Positions 40,455 through 50,229 of a DNA stretch of 64,000 nt are shown here, one piece after another. A model generated the notes under the pieces. The model made no database searches, had not been told where the DNA came from, and saw only the letters and a list, made by a program, of their open reading frames with translations. The position numbers and the translations under genes are program-made. How positions within the stretch are numbered: the stretch's first letter is position 1; each line of letters starts with the position of its first letter. Source of the DNA: Chlorobiota bacterium. Lineage in GTDB: Bacteria > Bacteroidota > Ignavibacteria > Kapaibacteriales > UBA961. The stretch is taken from contig JBDHXA010000003.1 in assembly GCA_039810485.1 (NCBI GenBank), positions 2,446 to 66,445 of the forward strand, in the 5' to 3' direction.

Positions 40455-40730
40455 AAATCCCGAAAATCCTGATCCAGACAACTAAAATCAAGCAATTCAC
40501 AACAATCAAGCAAATCCTATAATCCCGAAAATCCTAATTCAGACAACTAAAATCAAGCAAATTACAAAATCCTACAATCCTACAATCCTACAATCCTACA
40601 ATCCTACAATCCTACAATCCTACAATCCTACAATCCTACAATCCCAAAAATCCTAATTCATACAATCACAAAAATCCCGGTTCAGACAATCTTCAATCCC
40701 GTAAATCCTGATTCAGACAATCTTTGATTC
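40455..40730. repeat. Composite G-poor tandem/direct repeat region. About five copies of a degenerate ~45-bp unit (AATCCCGAAAATCCTRATYCAGACAA...) surround about 9.5 tandem copies of the octamer CCTACAAT at 40571-40646.
   Basis: Read directly from the sequence. Units begin at about 40455, 40521, 40643, 40671 and 40695. The octamer array runs across 40571-40646. Confidence 0.85.
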
Positions 40731-40739
40731 GCCAAATAA

Positions 40740-40776
40740 AAAAGCGGAATTCCTTATAGGAATTCCGCATTGAATG
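40740..40776 (-). terminator. Rho-independent terminator of the NlpC/P60 gene. The hairpin is perfect and could act bidirectionally.
   Basis: gcggaattcc-ttat-aggaattccgc is an 11-bp perfect stem. It is followed by a T-run on the minus strand and preceded by an A-run on the plus strand. Confidence 0.7.
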
Positions 40777-40806
40777 ATATAACTATCTATAAAAAAACTC
40801 AACAAG

Positions 40807-41775
40807 CTATTCTCCTAATGTCGCTGAATTGCCGCTATTGATTGCCAATCGTGACAGATCGTTTTTTGCGAGACGTTTTACGCCAATAAGACGTTTATTG
40901 TAATATGTGCTTTCAAGTGATGAAATAGTTACGCCATAACGCGAGCTTGAATGCGCAAAAAGATTATCGCCAAGATAAATCCCAACGTGCGAAACATATA
41001 CATTGCGCCGAGTATGGAAAAACACTATGTCGCCAAACTGCATATTTTCACGATGGCGCACAGATATGCCGAGCGTAGATTGTTCGGCAGCTGTTCGCGG
41101 AAGCATGATATTGCCTGCCGAAGCAAACACAGAGCGGGTAAAGCTTGAGCAATCAATGCCGCTGCGTCCAGTCCCGCCAAAATAATATCGTGTTCCAACC
41201 CAGTCCATCACTGCGTCAATAATTTTCTTTTTGTCAATTCCGCAAGCAATGATTTCATTATCTTCGGCAGCACTGCCACCGTCCATAAATGCAAGCCAAA
41301 GCGAGCGAAAAGATTCAATATCAACCGTTACATCATCTTCTTTTTCCAGCTCTTCGATATCTTCCCCTTCATCAGGAAGTTCGCCGTTTGATTTTGCGAT
41401 ATATCCACTTTTCAATATAGGTAAAGCCCCGGCGGAAGATTCGCTTACAGATTCTTCTGCCCGAGATTCAGATTGTTCGACATCATCGTTTGCAATTCCG
41501 GCAAGACGTGATAATTCATCATTATTGCTGATGTGTTCGAGAGCCATCATTCTTCCTTGCACTGGATTGCAGGGCGTAACGTGCGCGTAGCGACCTTTGC
41601 GCCCTTTCTTGCGCGAAGAAAGTTTTTTTGAAGACGTCTTTTTTACGTGCTTTGCAGATGCTACATTATGTGTTTTTTTGTGGGCAGCTTCCGCATTTGT
41701 CGAAGGCAAAGCTATAGCAATCGCAAGGAGAACCAAGCCAAGCCAGAAAGGTATGAGGGGTATGGATTTATTCAT
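40807..41775 (-). CDS. NlpC/P60 (C40) family cell-wall peptidase, secreted
   Basis: The C-terminal domain carries GIDCSSFTRSVF (catalytic Cys) and HVGIYLG (His). There is a signal peptide, and an acidic low-complexity linker. Confidence 0.75.
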   Translation of the reverse strand: MNKSIPLIPFWLGLVLLAIAIALPSTNAEAAHKKTHNVASAKHVKKTSSKKLSSRKKGRKGRYAHVTPCNPVQGRMMALEHISNNDELSRLAGIANDDVEQSESRAEESVSESSAGALPILKSGYIAKSNGELPDEGEDIEELEKEDDVTVDIESFRSLWLAFMDGGSAAEDNEIIACGIDKKKIIDAVMDWVGTRYYFGGTGRSGIDCSSFTRSVFASAGNIMLPRTAAEQSTLGISVRHRENMQFGDIVFFHTRRNVYVSHVGIYLGDNLFAHSSSRYGVTISSLESTYYNKRLIGVKRLAKNDLSRLAINSGNSATLGE

Positions 41776-41920
41776 AATCGCCTCTTTAGTTGAACAAAAG
41801 TACCTTGCTGGTGAACGCATTTTTGATATGCGCTCAGTTGTTGGGTTTCACGTATTTTTCCGGGCGGCGTTTGAACATATTAAATTCAGCCGAAAGCGGA
41901 AAGTTCTAAAATTAGCCGTA

Positions 41921-43609
41921 TTACCGTTTTATTTTGACGGTTTCGAGAATAAGTTTTCCGGCACTTTCCGGGCAGAGACCAATAACGGAAGGCCGTGCTA
42001 ATCTGAGATTAATATCGTGATATAAAAATATCCACGGCGCATTGTCTAAGACAATACGCTCCATTCGATTGTACATGGCGTACCGTTCGGCAGGAGTTAA
42101 TTTTGGCGAGAGCGCAAGCTCATAGAGAGAGTCGAACCTTGCATCATGGAAATGCGTCGTATTCGGCCCTGCGGGGGAGGCATTTTTAGAATAAAACAAT
42201 GCCAAAAAATTTTCAGGATCTGGGTAATCTGCAATCCAACTCGTGCGCCACAACGGCAGTTCCCCATTGCGTATCATTGACAGATGACGCGGAAAATCTA
42301 CTTGTTGGATTTGCACGTCCAAGCCGATTTCTTTCCACTGCTGCTGCACTGCTTCGGCAACCGAAGCTGTGCGTTCATTAGCTCCAATTTGGAGTGTTAT
42401 CGGCGGAAGTTGCCTGCCATTGCCAAAGCCGGCTTGTAACAATAATTCTCGCGATTTTTCAACATCATAATAATAACCTTCAACTTTCGGTGAGAATCCA
42501 GGCATTGAAGGCGGTAGAACGCCATGCTTGGCGGGCACAGCCCGCCCTTGCAATACATATTTTACGATTTTATCGCGGTCAATAGCATAATTTAATGCTT
42601 GCCGAAGCAAAACAGAAGTTGAATACGGCTGGTTTTGTGCTACAGGCAAAGCATCATCTAATTGGAATCCATAGTACTCCACAGATTGAGCAAGTTTGCG
42701 TATCAAGTGATAATCCGCAAACTTAGTTGAAAGAGTGCCGTCTGAGTTCAATACTTGACTCGTAACGGAATTGTCAATAGCAGCGATAAAATCTAATCGC
42801 CCTTGCTCAAATTCATAAAATTCAGTTTTGGGCGAACGAATGAACGTTATCAAGATACCATCTAAATATGGCAATTGATTGTCTTCATTATCTTTTCGAA
42901 AATACCGCTCGTTTCGCGTGAGAGCGAGCTCGCGGTCCTGCTCCCATGACAAGAAGCGGAACGCGCCGGTGCCAACCGGATGATGAGCAAATTGCTCTTT
43001 GTAATATTCGACTGCCTCATGCGGAACAATCCAGCAAAAAGGCGTTGTTAGAAGCGAAATAAATGGAGCATACGGCTTAGCTAATCGAATAATAAGCGTG
43101 GTATCATTAAGAACAACAATACCATTTATTCCGTTGGTTTTATCGTTTTTTGCAGTTTCGCGATGAAACTCGTCTGCTCCCTCGACGGTGCCGTGAAAAA
43201 TCCACAATCCCGCCGATTTTATTTTTGCATTGCAAATTCGTTCAAATGAATATTTGATGTCAGCGGCAGTTAGCCGCCGTGTTTTTGCCGATCCAAAACA
43301 AGCGTCAGAATGAAAAAAAACATCATTTCGCAAATTAAATGTCCATACTGTTGCAGATGTGTCTAAAGACCACGATCGCGCAATGCATGGCACAATATTT
43401 TCCGAAGTGTCAGTTTCCACCAAACCGTTAAAAATTTGCCCGCCCGCCCATATTGCTGCTTGATAGTTTGTAAAAGCAGGGTCGAGCGTTCCAATACCGG
43501 CCGGCTCATTGTAATGAAATATACTGCTGTCGGACTTTGAATTTCTATCGCAGCCAAACAGCGCCAATAATAAGAGAATGCTTAATCGAGTTGTCAAAGT
43601 ACAAGTCAT
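41921..43609 (-). CDS. ABC transporter substrate-binding protein, family 5 (oligopeptide/nickel type), lipoprotein
   Basis: The size, a lipobox (LALFGCD), and SBP_bac_5-like motifs. The start is taken at the internal Met that gives a proper signal peptide. Confidence 0.6.
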   Translation of the reverse strand: MTCTLTTRLSILLLLALFGCDRNSKSDSSIFHYNEPAGIGTLDPAFTNYQAAIWAGGQIFNGLVETDTSENIVPCIARSWSLDTSATVWTFNLRNDVFFHSDACFGSAKTRRLTAADIKYSFERICNAKIKSAGLWIFHGTVEGADEFHRETAKNDKTNGINGIVVLNDTTLIIRLAKPYAPFISLLTTPFCWIVPHEAVEYYKEQFAHHPVGTGAFRFLSWEQDRELALTRNERYFRKDNEDNQLPYLDGILITFIRSPKTEFYEFEQGRLDFIAAIDNSVTSQVLNSDGTLSTKFADYHLIRKLAQSVEYYGFQLDDALPVAQNQPYSTSVLLRQALNYAIDRDKIVKYVLQGRAVPAKHGVLPPSMPGFSPKVEGYYYDVEKSRELLLQAGFGNGRQLPPITLQIGANERTASVAEAVQQQWKEIGLDVQIQQVDFPRHLSMIRNGELPLWRTSWIADYPDPENFLALFYSKNASPAGPNTTHFHDARFDSLYELALSPKLTPAERYAMYNRMERIVLDNAPWIFLYHDINLRLARPSVIGLCPESAGKLILETVKIKR

Positions 43610-43807
43610 GCAACTACTTTTTGTTGCAAACCAATAATTATTTAATGATGCAATCACCAAATACAGATTTTTAATTGTTCAAATATATTATGCTGTTTCT
43701 TTATGTTTCTGGCGATTGCTCTATTTTTTAGCTAATTAAGAAAAGCGATTTTAATTCTTATTGCTTAAAGTTTGGACGCCATAATGCATTATATGGCTCA
43801 ACATTAC

Positions 43808-44527
43808 TCAACCTTGAATTTCGATTTCCAATTCTAATGCTTTTGGAAATAGAATGTTGTTTTCCAAATGTATATGCTTATGCAAATCTTCTTCAAAATC
43901 TTTCAGCATTTGGAATGCAATGCGATATGTAGTGCATCCGTCTGCCGGAGCAGCGTAACTGTCCGAAAGTCCTGCAATTTTTACCATGCGTTCGCCTTCT
44001 ATATCATGCTCTTGCATCATAGTTTGAATAGGAGCTTGGATAGATCCGAACGCAATATTTTTATCGTCGTTTTGATTCGCTTCAGCAAGTTTTTTTACAG
44101 CTGGAAACAGAACAAGCTCTTCTTTTTTCATGTGCATTGCAAGCTCTCTTGCAACATAATTGAACTCGCTCTCAATATCGAACAGCTCTGGATGACGACT
44201 GCCATGCACGCGGCACAATTTCTCTAAGAATTGTAGTAAAATAGGCGTTTGCTCAGTTACATACCGATGATGCTTTTGCTCAATATAATCGGCCAATTTG
44301 TCTAATGGCCAAGAATTGAAATCATCGCCCGAAGAACCGTCAGCAGCCAATATTTCAGAAATTGCCGTCAGTACTTCGTCTTTATCAACTTCTTTTCTCT
44401 TGCATGCATCCTCAATTGACAATCCGCCTTTGCAGCAAAAGTCAATACCGTATTTCTGAAATACTGATGCTGTTCTATAGTCTCGAGCAACAGTAACGCC
44501 CACTTTAGTTGTTTGTAATACTTCCAT
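43808..44527 (-). CDS. ytfE: Iron-sulfur cluster repair di-iron protein (RIC; YtfE/ScdA family)
   Basis: The N-terminal ScdA_N domain (VGVTVARDYRTASVFQKYGIDFCCKGG) plus hemerythrin-like His/Glu repeats in the C-terminal half. Confidence 0.75.
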   Translation of the reverse strand: MEVLQTTKVGVTVARDYRTASVFQKYGIDFCCKGGLSIEDACKRKEVDKDEVLTAISEILAADGSSGDDFNSWPLDKLADYIEQKHHRYVTEQTPILLQFLEKLCRVHGSRHPELFDIESEFNYVARELAMHMKKEELVLFPAVKKLAEANQNDDKNIAFGSIQAPIQTMMQEHDIEGERMVKIAGLSDSYAAPADGCTTYRIAFQMLKDFEEDLHKHIHLENNILFPKALELEIEIQG

Positions 44528-44905
44528 TGTTTATATGTTTATTACAATTTTTAACTATTTATGTTTTTGACTAAATTTAGCATTAGCGACCAATTTTTCA
44601 CTCGTTAAAATCACTAACTTATCAATATAAAAGACCTTGACAGCAATGCGTTGCATTTGCATTGCCATACTGATATTAACTAAGAAAATTGGTGCTGCTA
44701 CTTATCATATCAAGGCAAAAGTATGCAAAATATTTCACACTGCCAACCTTTTTTTCCTATTTCAGCGATAAAAAATTAGATTGACTGTGTATTAGCAAAA
44801 TCTTAATTTTTCGCTGATATCATCTAAATTGCAGATTCTTTATATTCTCCCAACCATTCTATTTTCCGTATTTTTGCATGAAAATGCACATCACTTTTAT
44901 ATCTG

Positions 44906-46330
44906 ATGCCAATAATGCTTAAAGAATTGTCTGTTCTCGATATACATGCTCTTTCACGGCCGTTCGCGCCGCAAACCTTAAATAATAACAACCAATCAGA
45001 CGCATCACAATCGCACTATCGCAAACTCTATGTGGAGACGTACGGCTGCCAAATGAATCTCAATGATTCTGAAATAGTAATGAGCATAATGAAACAATGC
45101 GGCTATGCAGTTGCAAACAAACCCGACGATGCCGATGTTATCTTTTTAAATACTTGCGCAGTGCGCGATAATGCAGAGCGAAAAATTCATGAACGGCTAA
45201 ACCATCTAAAATTCTTCAAAAGACGCAATAGAGATTTAGTAATCGGCATTTTGGGCTGTATGGCCGAACGGCTTCGTGGTGAACTTTTGGAAAAAGATTT
45301 GGTTGATATGGTTATCGGACCTGACGAATACCGCAGCGTGCCCGAGATAGTGAAACACGCGCTGGAAGGCGAAAAAGGCATTGCTGTAAAGCTCAGTCGA
45401 GTAGAAACTTACGACGATATTTTGCCACTACGAACCGAGGGGATTTCGGCATGGGTTTCGATTATGCGCGGTTGCGATAAATTTTGCACATTCTGCGTTG
45501 TTCCCTTCACACGAGGGCGCGAGCGCTCGCGAGGTCTGCAATCCGTAATCAATGAATTGGTTCATCTTCGCGACAGCGGCTTCCGAGAGGCAACTCTTTT
45601 AGGACAAAATGTAAATAGCTATCGCGACGAGCAAAGCGGAGCCGATTTTTCCGATTTGCTGGCAAAAGCGGCAATTGATGTTCCAGACATGCGAATTCGC
45701 TATTCTACTTCTCATCCATACGACATGAGCGATAAACTCATAGAAACAATGGCGTCTCACGACAATATTTGCAAGTATGTACATCTGCCGGTGCAATCAG
45801 GAAGCAATAGAATTTTAGAACTGATGAATAGGCATTATACAGTTGAGCATTATATCGAGCGAATGAATGCAATAAAAAATGCAATGCCCGACTGCGCTTT
45901 GTCGACTGACATTATTGTCGGTTTTCCAACAGAAACGGAAGAAGATCAGCAGCTTACTCTTGACCTTATGCGCGAGGTTCGCTATGACGGTGCTTATATG
46001 TTCAATTATTCGCCGCGAGAAAATACAAAGGCATGGAAAATGGGCGATGATGTGCCGCAAGAGGTTAAATCTCGTCGTTTGACTGAAATTATTGACTTGC
46101 AAAATGCAGTTTCTTTAGAAAAGAACAACGCTGAAATTGGAAAAATACTTACAATTTTGGTGGAAGGCGCGAGCAAGCGCAATAATGCCGAATGGCAAGG
46201 CCGCACCGACTCAAATAAAGTTGTTATTTTCCCTTATTCGCTACAGCATGGCTATGTGGTGGGAGATTATGCACAAGTGCAAATAAATCGCGCCACAAGC
46301 GGAACACTATTCGGAAATATTGTCGCTTAA
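44906..46330 (+). CDS. miaB: tRNA-2-methylthio-N6-dimethylallyladenosine synthase (radical SAM methylthiotransferase)
   Basis: YVETYGCQMN (MTTase N-terminal domain), CDKFCTFC (radical SAM CxxxCxxC), and a TRAM domain at the C-terminus. The N-terminal 40 aa may be an over-extension. Confidence 0.85.
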   Translation: MPIMLKELSVLDIHALSRPFAPQTLNNNNQSDASQSHYRKLYVETYGCQMNLNDSEIVMSIMKQCGYAVANKPDDADVIFLNTCAVRDNAERKIHERLNHLKFFKRRNRDLVIGILGCMAERLRGELLEKDLVDMVIGPDEYRSVPEIVKHALEGEKGIAVKLSRVETYDDILPLRTEGISAWVSIMRGCDKFCTFCVVPFTRGRERSRGLQSVINELVHLRDSGFREATLLGQNVNSYRDEQSGADFSDLLAKAAIDVPDMRIRYSTSHPYDMSDKLIETMASHDNICKYVHLPVQSGSNRILELMNRHYTVEHYIERMNAIKNAMPDCALSTDIIVGFPTETEEDQQLTLDLMREVRYDGAYMFNYSPRENTKAWKMGDDVPQEVKSRRLTEIIDLQNAVSLEKNNAEIGKILTILVEGASKRNNAEWQGRTDSNKVVIFPYSLQHGYVVGDYAQVQINRATSGTLFGNIVA

Positions 46331-46353
46331 CGCACATTTAATAAGGAATTTTC

Positions 46354-47013
46354 ATGTCGCAGCAAATCACGCCAATATCAGAAGAAACAGAAAAATACCT
46401 AATTGAAAATTTTTCATCGGAGGATAATTTTCTTCAACAAATTCTATTAGAATCTGCCGCGGCTGGAATGCCTCAAATTTCGATTGGCGGAATACAGGGA
46501 GCGTTCCTTCAGTTTTTGCTCAAGGCAATAGATGCCCAACATGTACTTGAAATCGGATCGCTTGCGGGCTATTCGGCCATAACTATGGCTCGCGCTTTGC
46601 CGCCGCATGGCAAAGTGGTGTGCATGGAATACAATCCTGATTTTGCACATTTCATTGCAAAAAAAGCCGATGAAGCAGGTATAAGTTCCAAAATTGAGGT
46701 TTATGCAGGCGATGCAAAACATATTCTGGCTGATTATAAACCTGAGTTCAGTTTCGATTTTGTATTCATTGACGCCGACAAACAAGGATATGAACAATAT
46801 TTGCAATTAGTATATCCTATGGTGCGAAAGGGCGGCATTATAGCTGGCGACAATGCTTTGGCTTGGGGGCAAATTGGCGAGGAAAACCCTAAAGTGGAAG
46901 CTAATAATGTTCGCGCCTTGCAAGCTTTCAATCATGCTTTACGCACTCATCCCGGACTTTCTTCATGCCTTGTGCCAATAGGCGACGGCATGGCAATGGG
47001 CGTAAAATTATAG
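46354..47013 (+). CDS. Class I SAM-dependent O-methyltransferase (family 3, caffeoyl-CoA OMT-like)
   Basis: LEIGSLAGYSAI (motif I), FDFVFIDADKQGY, and GGIIAGDN. Confidence 0.7.
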   Translation: MSQQITPISEETEKYLIENFSSEDNFLQQILLESAAAGMPQISIGGIQGAFLQFLLKAIDAQHVLEIGSLAGYSAITMARALPPHGKVVCMEYNPDFAHFIAKKADEAGISSKIEVYAGDAKHILADYKPEFSFDFVFIDADKQGYEQYLQLVYPMVRKGGIIAGDNALAWGQIGEENPKVEANNVRALQAFNHALRTHPGLSSCLVPIGDGMAMGVKL

Positions 47014-47154
47014 CAAAATTTATAAATTGCTGTTTTTCTTCCGACAAATCATCTGATCCTTACGCTTCCAATTGAAAAACTTGATGCCGGGAACAAGCGA
47101 ATTTCTACGTAATTTTGCAGAGATTTTCTTGCATAATTTTTGAGTTAACCATCT

Positions 47155-48168
47155 ATGAGCGCACAATGCGTTTTGATTACCGGTTCCAATGGCGAAATTG
47201 GGCACACATTGTTAGAAATGCTTGCCGAAAAGGGCAATACGATAATTTCCATTGACTTGCATACGCTCTCCCCTGCTCATTCATCTCTTTGTGAAGAAGA
47301 AATTACAGGCGATATTCTTGATGAAGACATTCTTCGCGCCGCAGAAAAATATGATATTGACGTTATTTTTCATCTTGCAGCTCTTTTATCTAAAAGCGCA
47401 GAGTTAAATCCCGAGCGCGGACATCGTGTAAACGTAGAAGGTATGATGCAATTTTTGCAATTGGCGCAGCGAATTGGCAAGCGGCGCGACAAACCGGTAA
47501 AAGTATTATTTCCCAGCACAATAGCAGTGTATGGCATTCCGACGCTGCACGAAAAGCAAAAAACAGGCAAATTACGAGAAACTGAATATCAATCGCCTAT
47601 TACAATGTATGGAATTAACAAGCTTTATAACGAACATTTAGGACGATATTATTCAGATCATTATCGCCAAATGTCGCCAACGCGCGAATGGGGTTATGTT
47701 GACTTTCGAGGGCTTCGCTTTCCTGGTCTCATTTCTGCTTTTACCGTGCCAAGCGGCGGCACAAGCGATTTTGCTCCCGAAATGATTCACAAAGCAGCGC
47801 AAGGAGAGCCTTATTCATGCTTTGTACGACCAGATGCTCAGATTCCGTTTATGGCAATGCCCGATGGCGTGAAAGCTTTATTGGATTTTGCTGATGCGCC
47901 TTGTGAAGCATTAACTCAGCGAACATACAATATTGGCTCGTTTGCTCCGACAGCAGCCGAAATAGCCGACTTGGTTCGCAAAACTTTTCAGGGTGCAGAA
48001 ATTGAATTTGCACCCGACGTTCAGCGGCAAAGTATTATTGATTCTTGGCCTGCCGACGTAGATGATTCCGCCGCTCGAAATGATTGGAAATGGATGCCTG
48101 AATATGACTTGCAACGCACGTTTTTCGAATATCTTGTTCCGAATATCAACAAGATGTATCATAAGTAG
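47155..48168 (+). CDS. NAD-dependent epimerase/dehydratase (extended SDR), L-threonine 3-dehydrogenase-like
   Basis: LITGSNGEIGHTL is the Rossmann motif. The YGINK region matches the catalytic YxxxK. Confidence 0.55.
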   Translation: MSAQCVLITGSNGEIGHTLLEMLAEKGNTIISIDLHTLSPAHSSLCEEEITGDILDEDILRAAEKYDIDVIFHLAALLSKSAELNPERGHRVNVEGMMQFLQLAQRIGKRRDKPVKVLFPSTIAVYGIPTLHEKQKTGKLRETEYQSPITMYGINKLYNEHLGRYYSDHYRQMSPTREWGYVDFRGLRFPGLISAFTVPSGGTSDFAPEMIHKAAQGEPYSCFVRPDAQIPFMAMPDGVKALLDFADAPCEALTQRTYNIGSFAPTAAEIADLVRKTFQGAEIEFAPDVQRQSIIDSWPADVDDSAARNDWKWMPEYDLQRTFFEYLVPNINKMYHK

Positions 48169-48180
48169 CCGCGAAGATTT

Positions 48181-50229
48181 ATGAATGAGCTTGCTTATGA
48201 GCTGTCTCCTTATTTGTTGCAGCACGCGCAAAATCCGGTGCATTGGAAACCGTGGAGCAGCGCAGCATTTGAATTAGCGGAAAAAGAGAATAAACCGGTC
48301 TTTCTCAGCATTGGCTACGCAACGTGTCATTGGTGTCATGTTATGGAGCGTGAATCGTTTGAAGATGAAGCTGTTGCAGCGTTGCTCAATGCAAATTTTG
48401 TATGTATAAAAGTTGATCGTGAAGAGCGTCCAGACATAGATACCGCGTACATGGAAGCATGCATGGCAATGACCGGGCACGGCGGCTGGCCTCTTTCTTT
48501 GGTTCTCACTCCCAGACGATTGCCAATATTTTCTGGCACATATTTTCCAAAACATAGCCGAATGGGCCAAATTGGCTTTTTAGACGTCATGCAGCGCATA
48601 GCTCATATTTGGGCTAATGAGCACGACAGATTGAATCTGTCAGGCGAGCATATTGCTAAAGCATTACAAGAGCGTACTAAAGAAATTCGCAGCGATTCCG
48701 AAGATGAGATTACACGCGAAATAGTCGAGAAAGCAGCTTCTGTTTTTGAAGCAACGTATGACAATCAGTTTGGCGGATTTGGATCAAAGCCCAAATTTCC
48801 CACGCCGCACCACTATATTTTTTTGCTTCGTCTTTTTTCCTCAAATAATAACATTAATCTTCGTAACATGGCTTTAACTTCGCTGAGCACCATGAGGAGT
48901 GGAGGAATTTACGACCAAATTGGCTTTGGCTTTCATCGCTACAGCACTGATGAGCGCTGGTTTCTTCCTCATTTCGAAAAAATGCTCTACGATCAGGCGA
49001 TGCTGGCAATTGCATATTGCGAAGCTTTTGCAGTTTCAGGCGAGCAGCTCTATGCGAATGTATGTAAAGAAATTTTCGAGTATGTCAGGCGTGATATGAC
49101 TTCCGCCGAAGGCGCTTTTTATTCAGCCGAAGATGCCGACAGCGAAGGGAAGGAAGGCGCATTCTACCTTTGGACTTGGCATGATTTCGATATTTTGCCG
49201 CAGTCACTTGCGGAACGATCTCGAAGCCATTTTAATCTCTCCAACCAAGGAAATTACTATGACGAAGCAACCGGCAAAAAAACAGGCGAAAATATTTTGT
49301 ACGAACACCCGCATAGCTCGTCGCTGACACTAGACGAAGTTCGACAAGTACGAACCATTCTTCTTGAAACAAGGAATAAACGCACTCGGCCGTTCTTAGA
49401 CGATAAAATACTGACTGATTGGAACGGAATGATGATAGCCGCATTGTCTTATTGCGGCCGATTGTTAAAAAATAATGAATACATTGAGCGAGCAGCAAAA
49501 GCCGCAAAATTTTTGCTGTCAGTTATGCGAAACGATGATCATTTGTTTCACCGCTTTCGCAAAGGAAAAGCAGAAATACGTGGTTTCCTTGATGATTACG
49601 CTTTTTTCGCTTGGGGTGTGTTTGAGCTTTACCAAGCATCGGGCGAAGATTTTTGGCTGCTGCAATGCACAGATATTTGCAAAGATATGATCTCTCTTTT
49701 CCAAGATGGAGACGGAAGTTTTCGGTTGGCTGCATTAGGCAATAATGAAACTCCATTCGAATGGAATTCTTCAATCTTTGACAGTTCAATTCCATCTGGC
49801 GCATCAATGGCAGCTTACGTTCTATCTCGGCTTGGTTTCTTGTGCGACAATGCTCAATTTACCGATGCTGCATTTCGCGCTTTGCAAGCATATTCAGGTC
49901 AAATGCGCGAATATCCGGCAGGTTTTGCTTGGATGATGAATACAGTAAATTTTTTAATAGGTAAAAGACAAAAAATCATACTTTCCAATGCTGGCAATAC
50001 AGAATTATACTATGATTTTTGCTCGTTTGCTCAATCTCAATATTTGCCAAATACTGTTGTATTCTATGATAAAAATGGCGAAGCTCTTACGTTGCCTGCA
50101 CCTGAATTAGAGAAGATGAATTGCAATGCTACCGCCGCCGCTTATGTCTGCGACGAATTACAATGTCATGCTGCCGTTTATTCCGTTGCAGGGTTGCGCA
50201 CAACACTTCAGGAGTCACTACAAAATTGA
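48181..50229 (+). CDS. Thioredoxin-domain protein of the DUF255 / YyaL family (thioredoxin N-terminus plus six-hairpin glycosidase-like domain)
   Basis: [50 protein letters not shown] is the hallmark of DUF255, and the protein is 682 aa. Confidence 0.75.
   Translation: MNELAYELSPYLLQHAQNPVHWKPWSSAAFELAEKENKPVFLSIGYATCHWCHVMERESFEDEAVAALLNANFVCIKVDREERPDIDTAYMEACMAMTGHGGWPLSLVLTPRRLPIFSGTYFPKHSRMGQIGFLDVMQRIAHIWANEHDRLNLSGEHIAKALQERTKEIRSDSEDEITREIVEKAASVFEATYDNQFGGFGSKPKFPTPHHYIFLLRLFSSNNNINLRNMALTSLSTMRSGGIYDQIGFGFHRYSTDERWFLPHFEKMLYDQAMLAIAYCEAFAVSGEQLYANVCKEIFEYVRRDMTSAEGAFYSAEDADSEGKEGAFYLWTWHDFDILPQSLAERSRSHFNLSNQGNYYDEATGKKTGENILYEHPHSSSLTLDEVRQVRTILLETRNKRTRPFLDDKILTDWNGMMIAALSYCGRLLKNNEYIERAAKAAKFLLSVMRNDDHLFHRFRKGKAEIRGFLDDYAFFAWGVFELYQASGEDFWLLQCTDICKDMISLFQDGDGSFRLAALGNNETPFEWNSSIFDSSIPSGASMAAYVLSRLGFLCDNAQFTDAAFRALQAYSGQMREYPAGFAWMMNTVNFLIGKRQKIILSNAGNTELYYDFCSFAQSQYLPNTVVFYDKNGEALTLPAPELEKMNCNATAAAYVCDELQCHAAVYSVAGLRTTLQESLQN

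Noticed and set aside
40275-40472. 65-aa plus-strand ORF spanning the dnaN terminator
   Set aside because: It runs through the T-run of an intrinsic terminator and into the repeat island, has low-complexity composition, and is almost certainly non-coding.
40571-40646. Octamer (CCTACAAT) tandem array considered as a possible CRISPR array
   Set aside because: The units are 8 bp with no intervening unique spacers and no cas genes nearby. It is a simple microsatellite-like tandem repeat, not a CRISPR array.
41597-42001. 134-aa plus-strand ORF bridging the NlpC/P60 start and the SBP gene's 3' end
   Set aside because: It overlaps two well-supported minus-strand genes and the short intergenic gap between them, and has no domain features.
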